From Mobula hypostoma (lineage: Eukaryota): a stretch of DNA of 64,000 nt. The notes under the pieces were generated by a model that saw only the letters and a program-made list of their open reading frames with translations, was not told the origin of the DNA and ran no database searches. The stretch is from assembly GCF_963921235.1 (NCBI RefSeq), contig NC_086097.1, positions 37,016,001-37,080,000 of the forward strand, in the 5' to 3' direction. Shown here one piece after another: positions 38,580-52,233 of the stretch (its first letter is position 1; the number at the start of each line of letters is the position of its first letter). Position numbers and translations under genes: made by a program.

Positions 38580-41500
38580 GTCAGCCGGGACAGTCAGGCT
38601 TGTGGATCTTGGGGAGGAGGTAAAACCGAGCGGTACGGGGTGTGGGAATTATGAGTTTAGTGGCTGAGGATGGAAGGTCTCCAGAGTTGATAAGGGCAGT
38701 GATGGTACGGGAGACAATGGTTTGATGTTTTTTGGTGGGGTCCTGTTCCAGGGGTAAGTAAGAGGAGGTGTCAGAGAGCTGCCGTTTGGCCTCAGTGAGG
38801 TAGTGGTCCATCCGCCAGACTACTACAGCACCACCTTTGTCAGCGGGTTTGATGGTGAGGTTGGGATTAGTGCGGAGAGTGGAGGGCAGTGCGTTCAGAG
38901 GAAATTTAGAAACTGAATGGCCTGAAGGTGGGGCTTTCGAAATACCATGATCTGAAGTTGGGATCTTTGATACCAAACGATTTGAGGGTGATGTTTTTGT
39001 CAACAACCAGCCTGAGGCACCAACATCATTATTAGACTCTAATATATTTACAACTGCCTGATCAGCTTCAGGCTGTAATGCACCTGAGGGTGTAGGGAGC
39101 ACCATCTGATCTTCAGAGATGCCTGCCACAGTTTGGTTGGAACAGAAGAGAGGAGTGGTAAAGTTGAGACGGTTGATGTCTCGGCGACAGTTGGAGATAA
39201 AAAGATCGAGTGCAGGTAGAAGGCCCGGGTGGGGTGTCCAGGAGGAGGAGAAGGGTTGAAGACAGGAGAAGGGGTCATCAGTAGGGGGACGGGAATTTCT
39301 GCCAATGAAGTAGGCTCGGAGACGTAGGCGACGGAAGAAGAGTTCAGTGTCATGGCGGGCACGGAACTCACTGAGGTGTAGACGGAGGGGGACAAAGGTG
39401 AGGCCCTTGCTCAGCACAGAACGTTCTGCCTCAGAGAGGGGAAGGTCAGAGGGGATTGTGAAGACACAGCAAGGGTTGGGGCTGGGGTCGGAGGAGGGTG
39501 AAGAGTGGGAGGTCTCAGGAGGGAGAGTGGGGTTGGGATGTTCAGGGAGAGCGGGGTTAGGGGAGGATGAGGGATCAGAGGAATGGAGGGGTGATGAGGG
39601 ATAGAGGGAAGGTTGGGAGTCGCGGGGAGGAAAGAGGGCAATGGGAGAATAAGACGGGTGGTAGGACCCAGCGGCAGTAAGAGCGGTCCCAGTCCGGAGA
39701 GAGTCGGGACCTCGGTCCGAGCTGGATCCGGAGCTGGGGGTGGCGGAACCTGTAGCCTGCAGGGCCCCAGAGCTGAGGTCGGAGACGGAGGCAAGTGAGT
39801 CTATGGCCCGCCGGGGGCTGGTGCCCATGTCCAGGAGGCCGTAGTTCCAGTCGGGGTCAGAGTCAGAGGCGGATGGGTCTTCAGCCTGCCGAAGGGCTGA
39901 GAAGTCGAGGTCTGAGGGGTCGGGGTCCGGGCTGGAGCCGGTTGTCATCGTGGGAGTCAGTTGTTAAGGATGAGGTGATGGAGTACTTGGTGACACAGGA
40001 CAAGATAGTACAAGGTCAACATGGTTTCCTTCAGGGAAAATCCTGCCTGACGAACCTGTTGGAATTCTTTGAGGAGTTTACATGTAGGATAGGTTAAGGG
40101 GATGCAGTGGATGTTATATATTTGGACTTTCAGAAGGCCTTTGACAAGGTGCCACACATGAGGTAGCTTACCAAGTTAAGAGCCCATGGTGTTACAGGAA
40201 AGTTACTAACATGGTTATAGCATTGGCTGATAGGTAGGAGGCAGTGAGTGGGAATAAAAGGATCTTTTTCTGGTTGGCTGCCGGTGACTAGTGGTGTTCC
40301 TCAGGGATTGGTGTTGGGACCACTTCCTTTTATGCTATATTTCAATGATTTAGATGATGGAATAGATGGCTTTGTTGCCAGGTTTGCAGATGATATGAAG
40401 ATTGGTGGAGGGACAGGTAGTGTTTTGGAAACAGGTAGGATACAGAAGGGCTTATACAGATTAGGAGAATGGGCAAGAAAGTGGCAAATGAAATACAATG
40501 TTGGAAAATGTATGGTCCTGCACTTTGGTGATAGAAATAAATGTGTGGACTATTTTCTAAATGGGGAGAAAATTCAGGAATCTGAGATGTAGAGGGACTT
40601 GGGGGTCTTTGTGAAGAACACCCTGAAGGTTAACTTATAGGTTGAGTCAGTGGTGAGGAAGGCAAATGCCATGTTAGCATTCATTTCAAGAGGCCTAGAA
40701 TACAAGAGCAGGGATGTGATGCTGAGGCTTTATAAGGCACTGGTGAGGCAGCACCTTGAGTATTGTGAACAGTTTTGGGCTCCTCATCTTAGAAAAGATG
40801 TGCTGGCATTGGAGAGAGTTCAGAGAAGGTTCACAAGTGTGATTCCAGGAATGAAAAGGTTATCATACGAGGAATGTTTGATGGCTCTGGGTCTGTATTT
40901 GCTGGAATTCAGAAGAATGAGGAGAGGGGGATCTCACTGAAACCTTTCAAATATTGAAAGGCTGAAACAGAATAGATGTGGAATTGATGAGAGAGTCTAG
41001 GACAAGAGGGCACTGCCTCAGGATAGAGCGGCGCCCTTTCAAAAAAAAAGAGATGTGGAGAAATTTCTTTAGCCGAAGAGTGGTGAATCTGTGGAACTTG
41101 TTGCCACGTGCAGCTGTGGAGACCAGATTGCTGGGTGTACTTAAGGCAGAGATTGATAGGTTCTTGATTGGACATGGCATCAAAGGTTACAGGGAGAAAG
41201 CGGGAAATCGGGTTGAGAAGGGGAGAAAGGATCAGCCATGATTGAATTACGGAGCAGACTCGATGGGCTAAATGGCCTAATTCTGCTCCTGTGTCTTATG
41301 CCCTCTTCAGCTCCTGCCTTTGTTCCTCTAAAAAGCTGCTGCTTTAACGGAGCATTATCACTAGCCCCATTTGAGGCACAGTACAAAATTTCATTTAATA
41401 AAGTTACTCGGGATTTTATATGTTAAAAGCTCTTTTAAAATAGAAACCATTGTTTATACCTAAAGGCTTAACTTCCATTCTAGCACATCTTTTAAAAAAT

Positions 41501-41734
41501 CTGTATGATGAGTGAAATTAAGTTGCTCTTTAGGCTTAGTTGTTAACATTTACCCCTGCCAGAAAAAGCGCGTGATTAAAAGGTAACAGAAATGGAAGCC
41601 AAAGCATTTCTCCTTCAACCCCACCCAACAAACTGGCAGCAAACTTGCCAGTCTGCCACTTCTGACAGCAATTTCTTAAAAGATATGTGCATGACAGCTG
41701 GAGAATGAATGAATTTGTTTCTTCTCCTGACTTA

Positions 41735-43270
41735 CATAAATACCTTATTGATCCCAAACAAAATTTCCGTGTCACAGTAGCATTACAAGTGCACAGATAC
41801 AAATATTAGAAGAGGAGGAGAAAGAATAAAAAATAAATTATCACCAAGAGTCTAACAGGAGGGGGTCAACACTTCCCATCTATAGGTTGACTCAATATAG
41901 GGCCTAATGGCCGAGGATAAGAATGACCACATATAGCGGCCCATGGAGCAGCACAGTTGTATTAGTCTATTACTAAAAGTGCTCCTCTGTTCAGCCAAGG
42001 TGGCATGCAGAGGGTGGGAAATATTTTATAGAATTGCCAGATTTTCCATAGGGTCCTTTGTTCTACCACAGCCTCCAGTGTGTCCAGTTTGATTCCTGTA
42101 ACAGAGCCAACCTTTCTAATCAGTTTATGTTGGCATCACCTGTGTTGAATGCTATTGGCCAGCACACCACTGCATAAAAGATTCTACTGGCGACAACAGA
42201 CTGGTAGAACATGTGAAGGAGAGGCCTGCCTACTCCAAAGGACCTCAGTCTCCTCAGGAAGTAGAGGCGACTCTGGCCCTTCTTGTACACAGCTTCTGTG
42301 TTAGTCCTCCACTCAAGTCTGCCATCTAGGTGCACCCTCAGGTACTTGTAGGTCCTCACCATCAGTGGTAGTAACAGGGAACAATGCAGGCTTAGTCTTC
42401 CTAAAGTCCATCACTATCTCCTTTGTCTTACTAATGTTGAGATGCAGATAATTCAGCTTGCATTTGACAAAGTCCTCCACCCAGGGCCCTGTATTCATCC
42501 TCCCATCCACCCCTTATACACCTAATTATTGCTGAGTCATCAGAGGATTTCTGCAGACGACATGACTCAATATTGTATTTAAAGTCCCAAGTGTACAGGG
42601 CAAACAGGAAGGGAGCTGTATCCGACACACAGCTCTGAAGCAACACATACTGTGATCTGCCAGTCAGGTAGTCCATTATCCAGGATATAATGGAAGTGCC
42701 AATCTATACTGAACAGAGCTTCTCTCCCAGCAATGAGGACTGTATGGTATTGAAGGCACTTAAGAAATCAAAAAAAAAAAGACCCTCGCAGTGTTGCCCA
42801 GCTTATCCAAATGAGAGCAGGTTCTTTTCAGCAAGTAGATGACAGCATCATCGACTCCAATGTGCTCCTGGTAGACAATGTGCAGGGGATCAAGGGCTGA
42901 TCTGCCCAGGGGTCTGAGGTGAGCCAGGACCAGCCTTTCTATGGTCTTCATGATGTATGAGGTCAGGGCCACTGGACGGTAGTCACTCAAGACTTTCGGG
43001 TTGGCGCTTCTTGCGTACTGGGATCACATGATGTTTTCCACACAGTCGGAACCCCTTCCAGGCTAAGACTCAGTTGAAAATGCACTGGAGAACTCCACAC
43101 AGCTGCTCAGCACACTCTTTCAGATCCTTGAGGTTCACACCATCTAGTCCCAATGCTTTGCTGTGTCAAAGTTTTCACAGAGTTATTCTCTCCTGCGCAG
43201 TAGTGAAGGCCAGTCCATGATGACTGGGGAGTTGTTGGAAGGCGGGGGCTGAGGGAAGTGAAGATTAGGA
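41735..43270 (-). mobile_element. Degenerate Rex1/Babar-like LINE (different subfamily)
   Basis: DYRPVALTS, GVDDAVIYLL, YKYLxVHLD, SRLYFLRRLRSF fragments. Confidence 0.85.
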
Positions 43271-44707
43271 TGACCTGAGAAACTCTTAGCCATCACTCAG
43301 TACCTCTATCAGTGGAACACAAATTTAAGATCCTTTTCCCCACTGAATAGAATTAAGAACAGGTTACTAAAAGTGCCACTGTCCTGTCGGAAATAAATTT
43401 CTTCTCAAAGCTTGACACTAAAGGAACTTCTGTGCAAATGTTAAGATGCTTAACTGACATGGTTAGTCACTGACACCAAGTATGACTAAAAGAGGGTAAC
43501 GTTAAAAAAAAATGGTGGGGGTGGAAAAGGGACATGTAATTCAGCTTAGTAATACACGGGTAGTTTGATGAAAGCCTAAATGTAAGTAAACAATGAATTT
43601 TTTGCCCTTCAGATAGCTCTCAATTTATAACCAGCCTGAGGAAATGACATTTTACCATCTAAATAAAGTTTGAACCATTTCTGATAGTGTTTGACGTTGG
43701 TTTATAAATGTTGATACTGACCAAGAATTTCTCAGTCGTAGAACAAAAATATTTTTCCAGCGGATCATTAAATACAAATGCTTTCCTGCAGTTTCCACTG
43801 AGACATTACGTCATATAAAGAAAGAACCAAATAAATATTTCAAAAGGAAAATCATTACAAGAAGGTAAATAATATTAAAATGGACAGCAATGAAAGTAGC
43901 AATTCTAGTACAGGTATATTGATCGATCTCCCTTTACATTGCAAATTCAATCGATTATGAGAAGCAATGATCACATAACTGGAAGTCATGAATGTGATTC
44001 TAAACAAATCACTCGAGAATGCCTTTCTAAAGGGAATAAGGTGGAACATGAAAAAAAATCCATCAGTAATCAGAAGTAAGGTGCTTTGAATATCACTGTA
44101 GAGTCTTGATAGATCACAGATCAAAAGCATCTATTATTCAGGAATTTTGGAAAATTCACATCCCAAATGTTAAATGAAAGCAGATCTATTGGAAGATACA
44201 GCACTTTAAAATCATAGAATACGTGGAAAGCAGAATTCCAAAGCAAAATGAGGACTCTCTTTAAAAAGAAAATGTGGATGAGATGGTGCGGGTGGGGTTA
44301 AGTGTACAAGCAATGAATTTTATTTTTTTAAGCTTACAAATTTGAGCTCATATCACAATCTGTACTTGAAGTATGCAAATACTTCCAAGATTTCTCTTTC
44401 CAGATGGAAAAATCCAGTTACAATAGAGTGACCTATAGAGTTAAACATGTCTTCACAATATTATGAGATCTACACAACACCTGGAAGTAGTACATTTCCA
44501 TTTCTGCTCCCTTTAATTCATCTATTATTATAAATGTGAATTTATATAGCTATTTTATTCAATAAAATATCCTAGTTAATGAAGAAAGCGTAGTACTTGC
44601 ATTCAAAATTGCAATCTTTAACTCTATTTGAAATACCAGACAAATGTTAGAAAAGTCCAATGTCTTAAACTGTTAACAAAAGTACAATCTATGCCTTGTT
44701 AATTTAA

Positions 44708-45847
44708 ACTTTATACTTTATTGTCGCCAAACAACTGATACTATAACGTACAATCATCACAGCAATATTTGATTCTGCGCTTCCCGCTCCCTGAATTACA
44801 AAGATTAAATATTAAAAATAGTAAAAATTAGTAATATTAAAATTTTTAATTATAAATCATAAATAGAAAATAGAAAAATGGAAAGTAAGGTAGTGCAAAA
44901 AAACTGAGAGGCAGGTCCGGATATTTGGAGGGTATGGCCCAGATCCAGGTCAGGATCCATTCAGCAGTCTTATCACAGTAGGAAAGAAGCTGTTCTCAAA
45001 TCTGGCCGTACGAGTCTTCAAGCTCCTGAGCCTTCTCCCGGAGGGAAGAGGGACGAAAAGTCTGTTGGCTGGGTGAGTCGTGTCCTTGATTATCCTGGCA
45101 GCACTGCTCTGACAACGTGCGGTGTAAAGAGAGTCCAAGAACGGAAGATTGGTTTGTGTGATATGCTGCGCCGTGTTCACGATCTTCTGCAGCTTCTTTC
45201 GGTCTTGGACAGGACAATTTCCATACCAGGTTGTGATGCACCTTAGAAGAATGCTTTCTACGGTGCATCTATAAAAATTAGTGAGGGTTTTAGGGGACAG
45301 GCCAAATTTCTTTAGTTTTCTCAGGAAGTAAAGGCGCTGGTGGGCCTTCTTGGCAGTGAACTCTGCTTGGTTGGACCAAGTCAGGTCATTTGTGATATTG
45401 ACCCCAAGGAACTTAAAGCTTTTGACTTGTTCCACTTGCGCATCACCGATGTAAATTGGGTCGTGTGGTCCGCTACTCCTTCTAAAGTCAATAACCAATT
45501 CCTTTGTCTTGCTGACGTTGAGGGATAGGTTATTGTCGGCCTACAATTGTTGTGTCATCAGCAAACTTATATATTGAGTTTGATGGAAACTTGGCTACAC
45601 AATCATGAGTGTACAGTGAGTACAGAAGGGGGCTGAGTATACAGCCTTGTGGGGCACCGGTGCTCAGAGTGATTGTAGAGGAGAGCTTGTCCCCTATTTT
45701 TACAGCCTGGGTCCTGTCTGTGAGGAAGTTGAAGATCCAGCTGCAGATCTGAGTGCTAAGGCCCAGGTTCCAGAGCTTAGGAATCAGTTTATTTGGAATG
45801 ATGCTGTTAAAGGCAAAGCTGTAGTCAATGAAAAGGAGCCTTACGTA
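44708..45847 (-). mobile_element. Rex1/Babar LINE, same subfamily as 52234-54754, 5'-truncated with small internal deletion
   Basis: ORFs 44950-45498 and 45530-45931 are near-identical to the C-terminal part of the 465-aa ORF; shared 3' UTR. Confidence 0.92.
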
Positions 45848-47514
45848 TTCTCCAAATATTAATAATATCATTAATAGCAAAGTAAAATACAACACTTGAC
45901 AAATAGATAACAGCTGTTCTTTGCAATTCAAATGAAAATATTCAATGATAATGACAGTTGTTGCAAACGTTCTATATCTTTAAGACATTTCACTGTTAAG
46001 AGTTTTTTTTTCTGTGTGTGGTTTCATTTGTCAGCCATAGACCAAGGTAGATCAGCAGCAGCACAGTGGTGCTCTGATGAAGATTCTATAGGATGTATAA
46101 TCACTTTGTTACTTCCTCCTATGTTTAATTACACAGAGCTTCTCAAATTTGTTGGAGCAAGTGCATTCGTCCTACTCAAAAGAAAATATTTTGATTCAAA
46201 GAAATCTAGATAAAGACACTCCATGGAAACAATATTAATAACAAACAAAAATACTCTGTTATAAATATCCACTTCCTCAACTGCAACCTACTCACAGAAT
46301 CAGCCTATGCTAATGAAACTGCCTACAAAGATGTTCTAGTCAAGCATTCACCCATTATCATGTGCCAGCTATGCTATTTTTGAAGAATGATTAGACAATA
46401 GTAATAACCAAGTAGGAACTGTGGAAGAATTTGTATATGGCATCACTGGAGCGTACTAAAACTCCAGAAGAGATATTCCAGAAATGCTCAGGAACTCAAT
46501 TTTTAACATATTTAATAGATAAAGAATCCCACATTGTTTCACTGGAATGTCAAAGAAAGACATTTACCTACAACAATGAATATTAGTACAGACAGTCATC
46601 AAAAAGTATCAGAGCAGATTTTCAGCAAGTTTTCAAGGAGAAAGGAGATATGGAGGGGCGTATGGAGGAAGCTTCAGAATTTTAAGGTTCTTGCAGCTGA
46701 ACTGGAGTCAGGAATGAACAAGAATCCAAAACAGGAGAACCACAGGTAATCCAGTAGTGGGACTCAAGGCAGTTTCTAAGGAAAAAAAAGTAAATTTTCA
46801 AAGTGCTGCTTAAATGGAAATCAATGTGGAGCAGCAGGTGCTGGGCTAATAGTGAAAAGGACTTGGTGCATGGAAATAGGCAATCACCTCAGAATAATAG
46901 ATCTTAAATTTATACGGTCAGAAGCTTGCAAGGAAGACATTGAAATAGTCTCCCAGAAGTTACAAACACAAAAATTGAGGGTTGTAGCAAAGGAGGTGAG
47001 AGACAATGTGCAGCTGAAACTACGGAATTCGGTCAGACGTGAGTCTGTGTCGGAGGCCCATCCTAGAGTTAAATCCAATCTATGGACTGAATTATCTTCT
47101 TTTACTTTGGCCAACTGTTATAGAGAGGGATGGAGTTTGCATTGTGGATTGGCTGGAGCAAATTCAGCCCATTCAATATTAGAATTCAGCCAAATACTTA
47201 TAGACAGTGAAAGCATCAAGGAGGGGTAGAAGCAAGGTAAAGCTGCATGCTATTTACATTAGTATCAAAACTGATACTATATTTTCTAGATGATGCTCAT
47301 GAAATCCCACACACGATGGTACACAAGCTCAAAGGTGAATACCAGATAGGATCAAGAGAGGTAAAAACTTGAACTGAGAACAGATGTACCCGTAGACAAT
47401 GGGTAGATACAAATATAACCAGCAGGTGCAATCCAGTGAAAAAGACAATAGTGAAACAACACAGGTGGGTGCAGTCAACTATGTCAAGGATAACAAATAA
47501 GCATGTTTGGCTTA

Positions 47515-47945
47515 CAAGACCATAAGCTATAGGAGCAGAATTAGTCCATTTGGACATTGTGTCTGCACCACCATTTCATCATGGCTGAACCATTTTCTCC
47601 CTCAGCCCCAATCTCCTGCCTTCTCACTGTATCCCTTCCTGCCCTGACTAGACAAAAATCTATCAACCTCTGCCTTAAATTTACTGAATGACTTGGCCCT
47701 CACGGCCACCTGTGGCAATGAATTCCACAAATTCACCACTCTCTGGCTAAAGAAATTCCTAATCATCTCTGGCCTAAAAGGACACCCCTCTATTCTGAGG
47801 CTGCATCCTCTGGTCTTTGACATCCCTACCATTGGAAACATTCTCTCCATATCCACTCTATCGAGGCCTTTCAACATTCAATAGGTTTCAATGATGTCAC
47901 CCCTCATTCTTCTGAATTCCAGTGAGTTGAGGCCCAGAGCCATGG
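47515..47945 (-). mobile_element. CR1 LINE 3' end
   Basis: ORF 47602-47877 LKGLDRVD..RNFFSQRVVNLWNSLP. Confidence 0.85.
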
Positions 47946-48161
47946 CTTGCTCCTTTCAGTGTTCAAATATGTCTGCCCATCTTATTCCAGTATTGACCTT
48001 GTTATTAAAATCTGGAGGTACCAGTGGACATTTAAGTACGTGCGTTGAGGAACTCTGAGGTATTTAATGTATTGGTACATATTAGTCTGCTTCTTATCAA
48101 TCGTTTTAAAATGAGTCCCTTGGGATGGATTTAAAGGCAATAGATATGAAACAAAACTCAC

Positions 48162-48220
48162 CACTGCAGTAAAATAGACCATGAACAATATGGACAAGCC
48201 ACTTGTGTAACCAAGAAACT
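48162..48220 (-). CDS. SLC38A6: SLC38A6-like coding exon (EFLGYTSGLSILFMVYFTAV)
   Basis: 59 nt, tgtag/gtgagt; LGYTSG motif. Confidence 0.93.
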
Positions 48221-48954
48221 CTACAAAAACAATTAAATACAAATATTACAAAATCTCAAATAAACATTGTATTGTAAAGGAATAAAAGTCAGTAATTGTT
48301 TGCATGACAAGAATGATTTGTTTTGTCCACCATAAACCACAAACTGTAAAAATAAAAATAATGCTCAAGTCTTCCACCTCTAAGATAGCACAGTAAAACA
48401 TGGATAGTTATCAACTAATGATTAATTAACACATTAGTAGCTCTTTACAAGAACTACACAGCACCAGAAATCGAAAGCACCAAAGGACTATAAACAAAGT
48501 TTACATGCGTCTTATACCATTCACATTTCTGAAAGGAATTAGGTGAGAACACAACCTGAGCTTAGATGTATTACATTATTTCAGCTAAGAGGCAGTGCTT
48601 AGTTATGTGGGAGAGATCAGAGAAACTGGTAAGGTTCTTCTTGGAGAACAGAAAATTTAGGGGAGATTCGAGAGGTTTAAAGAATAAAAGACTTTTTTAA
48701 AAAATAAGAATAAATGAGAATTTATTTCCCCCTAACGGAAGGAGGTGCAGTAACCAGAAGACTGATGGGCCCTTGTGATGTAAAATAAATAAATGGAGGC
48801 TGGGAGAGCAGGTTGTGAAACAGGTGTGACCATGGGGAACCAGCAACGAGGTAAGAGGAACGAGGCAAGAGGTTTCTATAACTACTGTAAATTGTAATAC
48901 TCTGCCTGAATGGCTAGAAGAAGCAAGTGCAATATTAACTTTCAAAACAATTTC

Positions 48955-49545
48955 ACAGTGGTGCAGCTAACAAAGATGCCGCCTCATAGCTCCAGTGACC
49001 CAGGGTCAAAGCTGCCCAAGCGGAGTCTGCACGTTCACCCTGTGGACTTCTTCCATGTGGTCAGATTCACTGCAACACCCTAAAGACATGCAGATTAATT
49101 GGTTACTTGGTGACTATAAGTTCCCCTGACGATGTAGATAACTAGTGGAATTTAGAGGGGTGTGTTGACAGTGGGGTAAAGTTAAAATGGGTGAGGTTAG
49201 AATCAGTATAAAATGGTACTTAATAGTCATCCCTGCTACATCTCCCCTTGACAAGAAACTATTTGCAGAATCAATGAGAAGCAGCAGAAGCTGGTGATTA
49301 ATAAGAAATCCAGCATTGACATGATGGGACAAATGTTGTTTCAATGTTTTGCCAAACAACATGGTAACAGACCATGCCAGCCCAATATTAATAATAAAAC
49401 CCATGTGACCTGTATGCCTTTGGAAAGTAGGAGGAATCCAGAGCACCCAGAGGAAACCCATGCAGTCACAAGGAGAACACACAACTCCTATAGACAGCAG
49501 CTGAATTGAACCCAGGTCAATGATGCTATAATAGTGTTACACTGC
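48955..49545. mobile_element. Two V-core SINEs in opposite orientation (48955-49200 plus; 49340-49545 minus)
   Basis: tRNA-like heads and gagcacccagaggaaaccca core. Confidence 0.6.
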
Positions 49546-51434
49546 TTTCATCTGCATCATTTGTTTACTCTCCTTATTTCTGATCTTGCAAAGTTTGAGG
49601 ATAAAAATTGCCTTAAAAATTTTAATTATCTAAATGAACTTAAACCATTCTGGGTCAGTACATTAGCAACCAGTAACCTCACTGCTGAAAGCTAAAATAC
49701 AGGGTTCAAAAGTTTGCAATCTCAGCTCTTTGTAGTACAATAGAAAAGTACCAAAAAGGATGCAATTGCTCTAGCCTCTTTGTCTGGTTCTCAGAACAGA
49801 ATGATGCACGACCGGGAGTCACAGGGAGAGTTAGAAATTCAGCAATTTGGAAAAGCGATTTAAACGCTGGGCCAGATGGATTGAAAAGGCAGGGTATCAG
49901 GACTGGAGGCAAGGGTCAGGTTGGATCTGCTCACTGCTCCACGACGTATACTGCGCTCTTTGGTGCGCTGGAGCTGAGGCCGTGGGGTAGCTCAGGGCTT
50001 TGTGTCTGCTGTCTCTACAATGCTTTTCTCCGCTACCTGATAATCTGAGGCTGAGGCTGAGGGCGAGGGCCTGCTCCAGCTGCTCCGGGCTTTGTGCCTG
50101 AGTACTCACTTTCATTCAAAATGCTGTTTGCTTACTTCCATTGTTTGCACAATTTGTGTTTTTTCCCCCTCTCTGCATATTGGGTGTTTGTTGGTCTTTT
50201 TTTAAAATGGGTTCTTTTTGCGTTTCTTGTTTTGTGGCTACCTGTAAGGAGATGAATCTCAAGGTTGTAAAGTGTATACATACTTTTATAATAAATGTAC
50301 TTTGAAGCCACACTTCAGAAGTGGCCATCCAGAAAACAGAAAAGAAACATCTGGAGCCATTGATTCAAATCATTAACAATAATCTATTAAGACAACCCAA
50401 CAATTTCATCCAGAGTACACTTTTAACATCAAAGATTAGATTGCAAACAAGCAATCCAAGAACTTTGACATTTGAATTATTCAAGTTATTGTTCTGCTTG
50501 AAAATCCTCTTTATTATGGTCAAAGTTTACACGAAAAGTTAAGGCAGTTTATCATCTTCCATATTTGTGTTCCTGGAGATTATAATTGTCCTGCAATGGC
50601 TGAGATATTCCATGAATGGGCAACAATCCTGGCCATTGCTTCTGACTAGCAAATTAAATTTTACTCTCATGCCAATGACGTGTTTCAAGCAGAGTTAACA
50701 TTGCAGGTCAATGACTCAAAAAATAAATTGAATTTTCTTTAAACAAAATTTTCTGTCTGACCTGTTGAATATTTCTAATATTTTATGTTTATATTTCAGA
50801 TTTTAGGCATTCATTATTTTGACAGGTGAAGTTTCATAAAATCCATGCTTTCCCAAGAGTGTTAGGTTAGTGCTGGCACATACAAGCAGCTGCCATAATA
50901 GAACATCCAAGGGTAAATCACCAACAAAATTAAAATTAACATATTAATTTAAGCAAAATAATATAATTCCAGAAACATTCAAAAATGTCAGTCGCTACAG
51001 ATTAAAATATTATGCAATTATTCACTTCAACATAATGCGTTGTTATTTGGCAAATCCTAAAACTACTTGCAGTAGGATAACTGGACACGAGAAATGAAAC
51101 ACAAGGACAGTTATTGATCTCTCATAACATACTGGCAAGAAAGTGCAAAATCAAATCAACACTTACTCACAGTAATGGCTGCTCTACTAAGACAAAAGAG
51201 ATGTTATTATCAAAACAAATGCATTAGATAAATGTCTACCTACACACATCATGTGACAGCTTAACCTAATAATTGAGAACTTAACTATCAAATTTTAAAG
51301 TTAGTACAGTAACTTCTCCTTTCCCATCTACTTGTTTTGTTGACTAAAGAGATTTTGGAAAATAGATTTGCAATTAAAAACTCTTTTTGTGCCAGTGTCT
51401 ACGAACATGTGAATAATAGTTGTAAAATGGTTAC

Positions 51435-51520
51435 CTATTTTACGCAGAAGAGCAAGAGGGAGAATGATACAGATGACGATAATGATGAGGAGGATTTGTC
51501 CATTGAGATACCATGGTGTC
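51435..51520 (-). CDS. SLC38A6: SLC38A6-like coding exon (TPWYLNGQILLIIIVICIILPLALLRKI)
   Basis: 86 nt, cacag/gtaacc; WYLxG..LPLxLL motif, frame-compatible on both sides. Confidence 0.93.
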
Positions 51521-51739
51521 CTGTGATGTTAAGAAAGATATTCAGATTAAACACCAACAGTGCTGGTAAAGGATTGCAGGGAGAAGAACAAGAATATTTA
51601 GGATGGCTGACACTATTTGCTGCGAGTGTAAACTGTATGGTTGGAAAACTTCTGACCACTGTTACAAATCATTTCACAGAGAGACATTTATGCTAAATAT
51701 GTTTTCAAAAACTACTTCTATAATGGGTTTTTGTTTTTT

Positions 51740-52040
51740 GATTGCGAGGTACAGTGCAGATTAGGCTCTTCCAGCCCTTCAAACCATGCCACCCAGTGGC
51801 GCCCAGCAAACTCGATTTAACCCTCGCCTAATCGTGGGACAACTTAGAATGACCAGTTAATCTACCCAGCACATCTTTGGACTGTTTGAGGAAACTGGAG
51901 CACCCAGAGGAAACCGGAGCACCCAGAGGAAACCCACGCATTCCACTGGGGAGGACGTACAGAGGATGCTAAGGTTGAACTCTGACACCACGAGCTGTAA
52001 TAGCGTCACATTAACCGCAGCGCTAATGCAGCACCCAGGT
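51740..52040 (-). mobile_element. V-core SINE with duplicated core
   Basis: ggagcacccagaggaaacc repeated in tandem at ~51897-51934. Confidence 0.7.
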
Positions 52041-52233
52041 TACTGAAATTCATTTGTATTGCAGAGAGCTGAGTAGTACATGTTACTAGAAAATATTTCT
52101 CATCACTCAGAGCAGTCGTGGAAAAAAACCCAAAATGTTTAATAGCATCATCAAAATGACAACATTCATCTCAACTTTTGATTTTGCCAATTAGCTTACC
52201 AATACTTTCTTATTTAAATTGCATTATTTACTT

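Larger units (their letters stand above)
36590..39952 (-). mobile_element. Penelope-like retroelement (Neptune-type), RT plus GIY-YIG, disrupted
   Basis: LSKGLTFVP and PADKGGAVVV motifs, MDxxSLYTSIPH, GVAMGTRMGPSYA, RYIDD; CKRKCYTC linker; degenerate GIY-YIG (VIHCIRCSRCGLLYSSET..RFVEH); 10-bp TSD GGAGTCAGTT at 36580-36589 and 39953-39962. Confidence 0.93.
35960..41300 (+). mobile_element. CR1 LINE (5'-truncated ORF2), split by the Penelope insertion
   Basis: NYRPVSLTSVVGKMLESV|VKDE.. QHGF..KSCLTNLLEFF, SGVPQG, RFADD, YKALVR.HLEYC; CR1-type tail ..aattctgctcctgtgtcttatg. Confidence 0.92.

Noticed and set aside
51337..51696. 119-aa ORF with an acidic tract (DTDDDNDEED)
   Set aside because: Antisense reading of the Ile/Leu-rich SLC38A6 transmembrane exon 51435-51520
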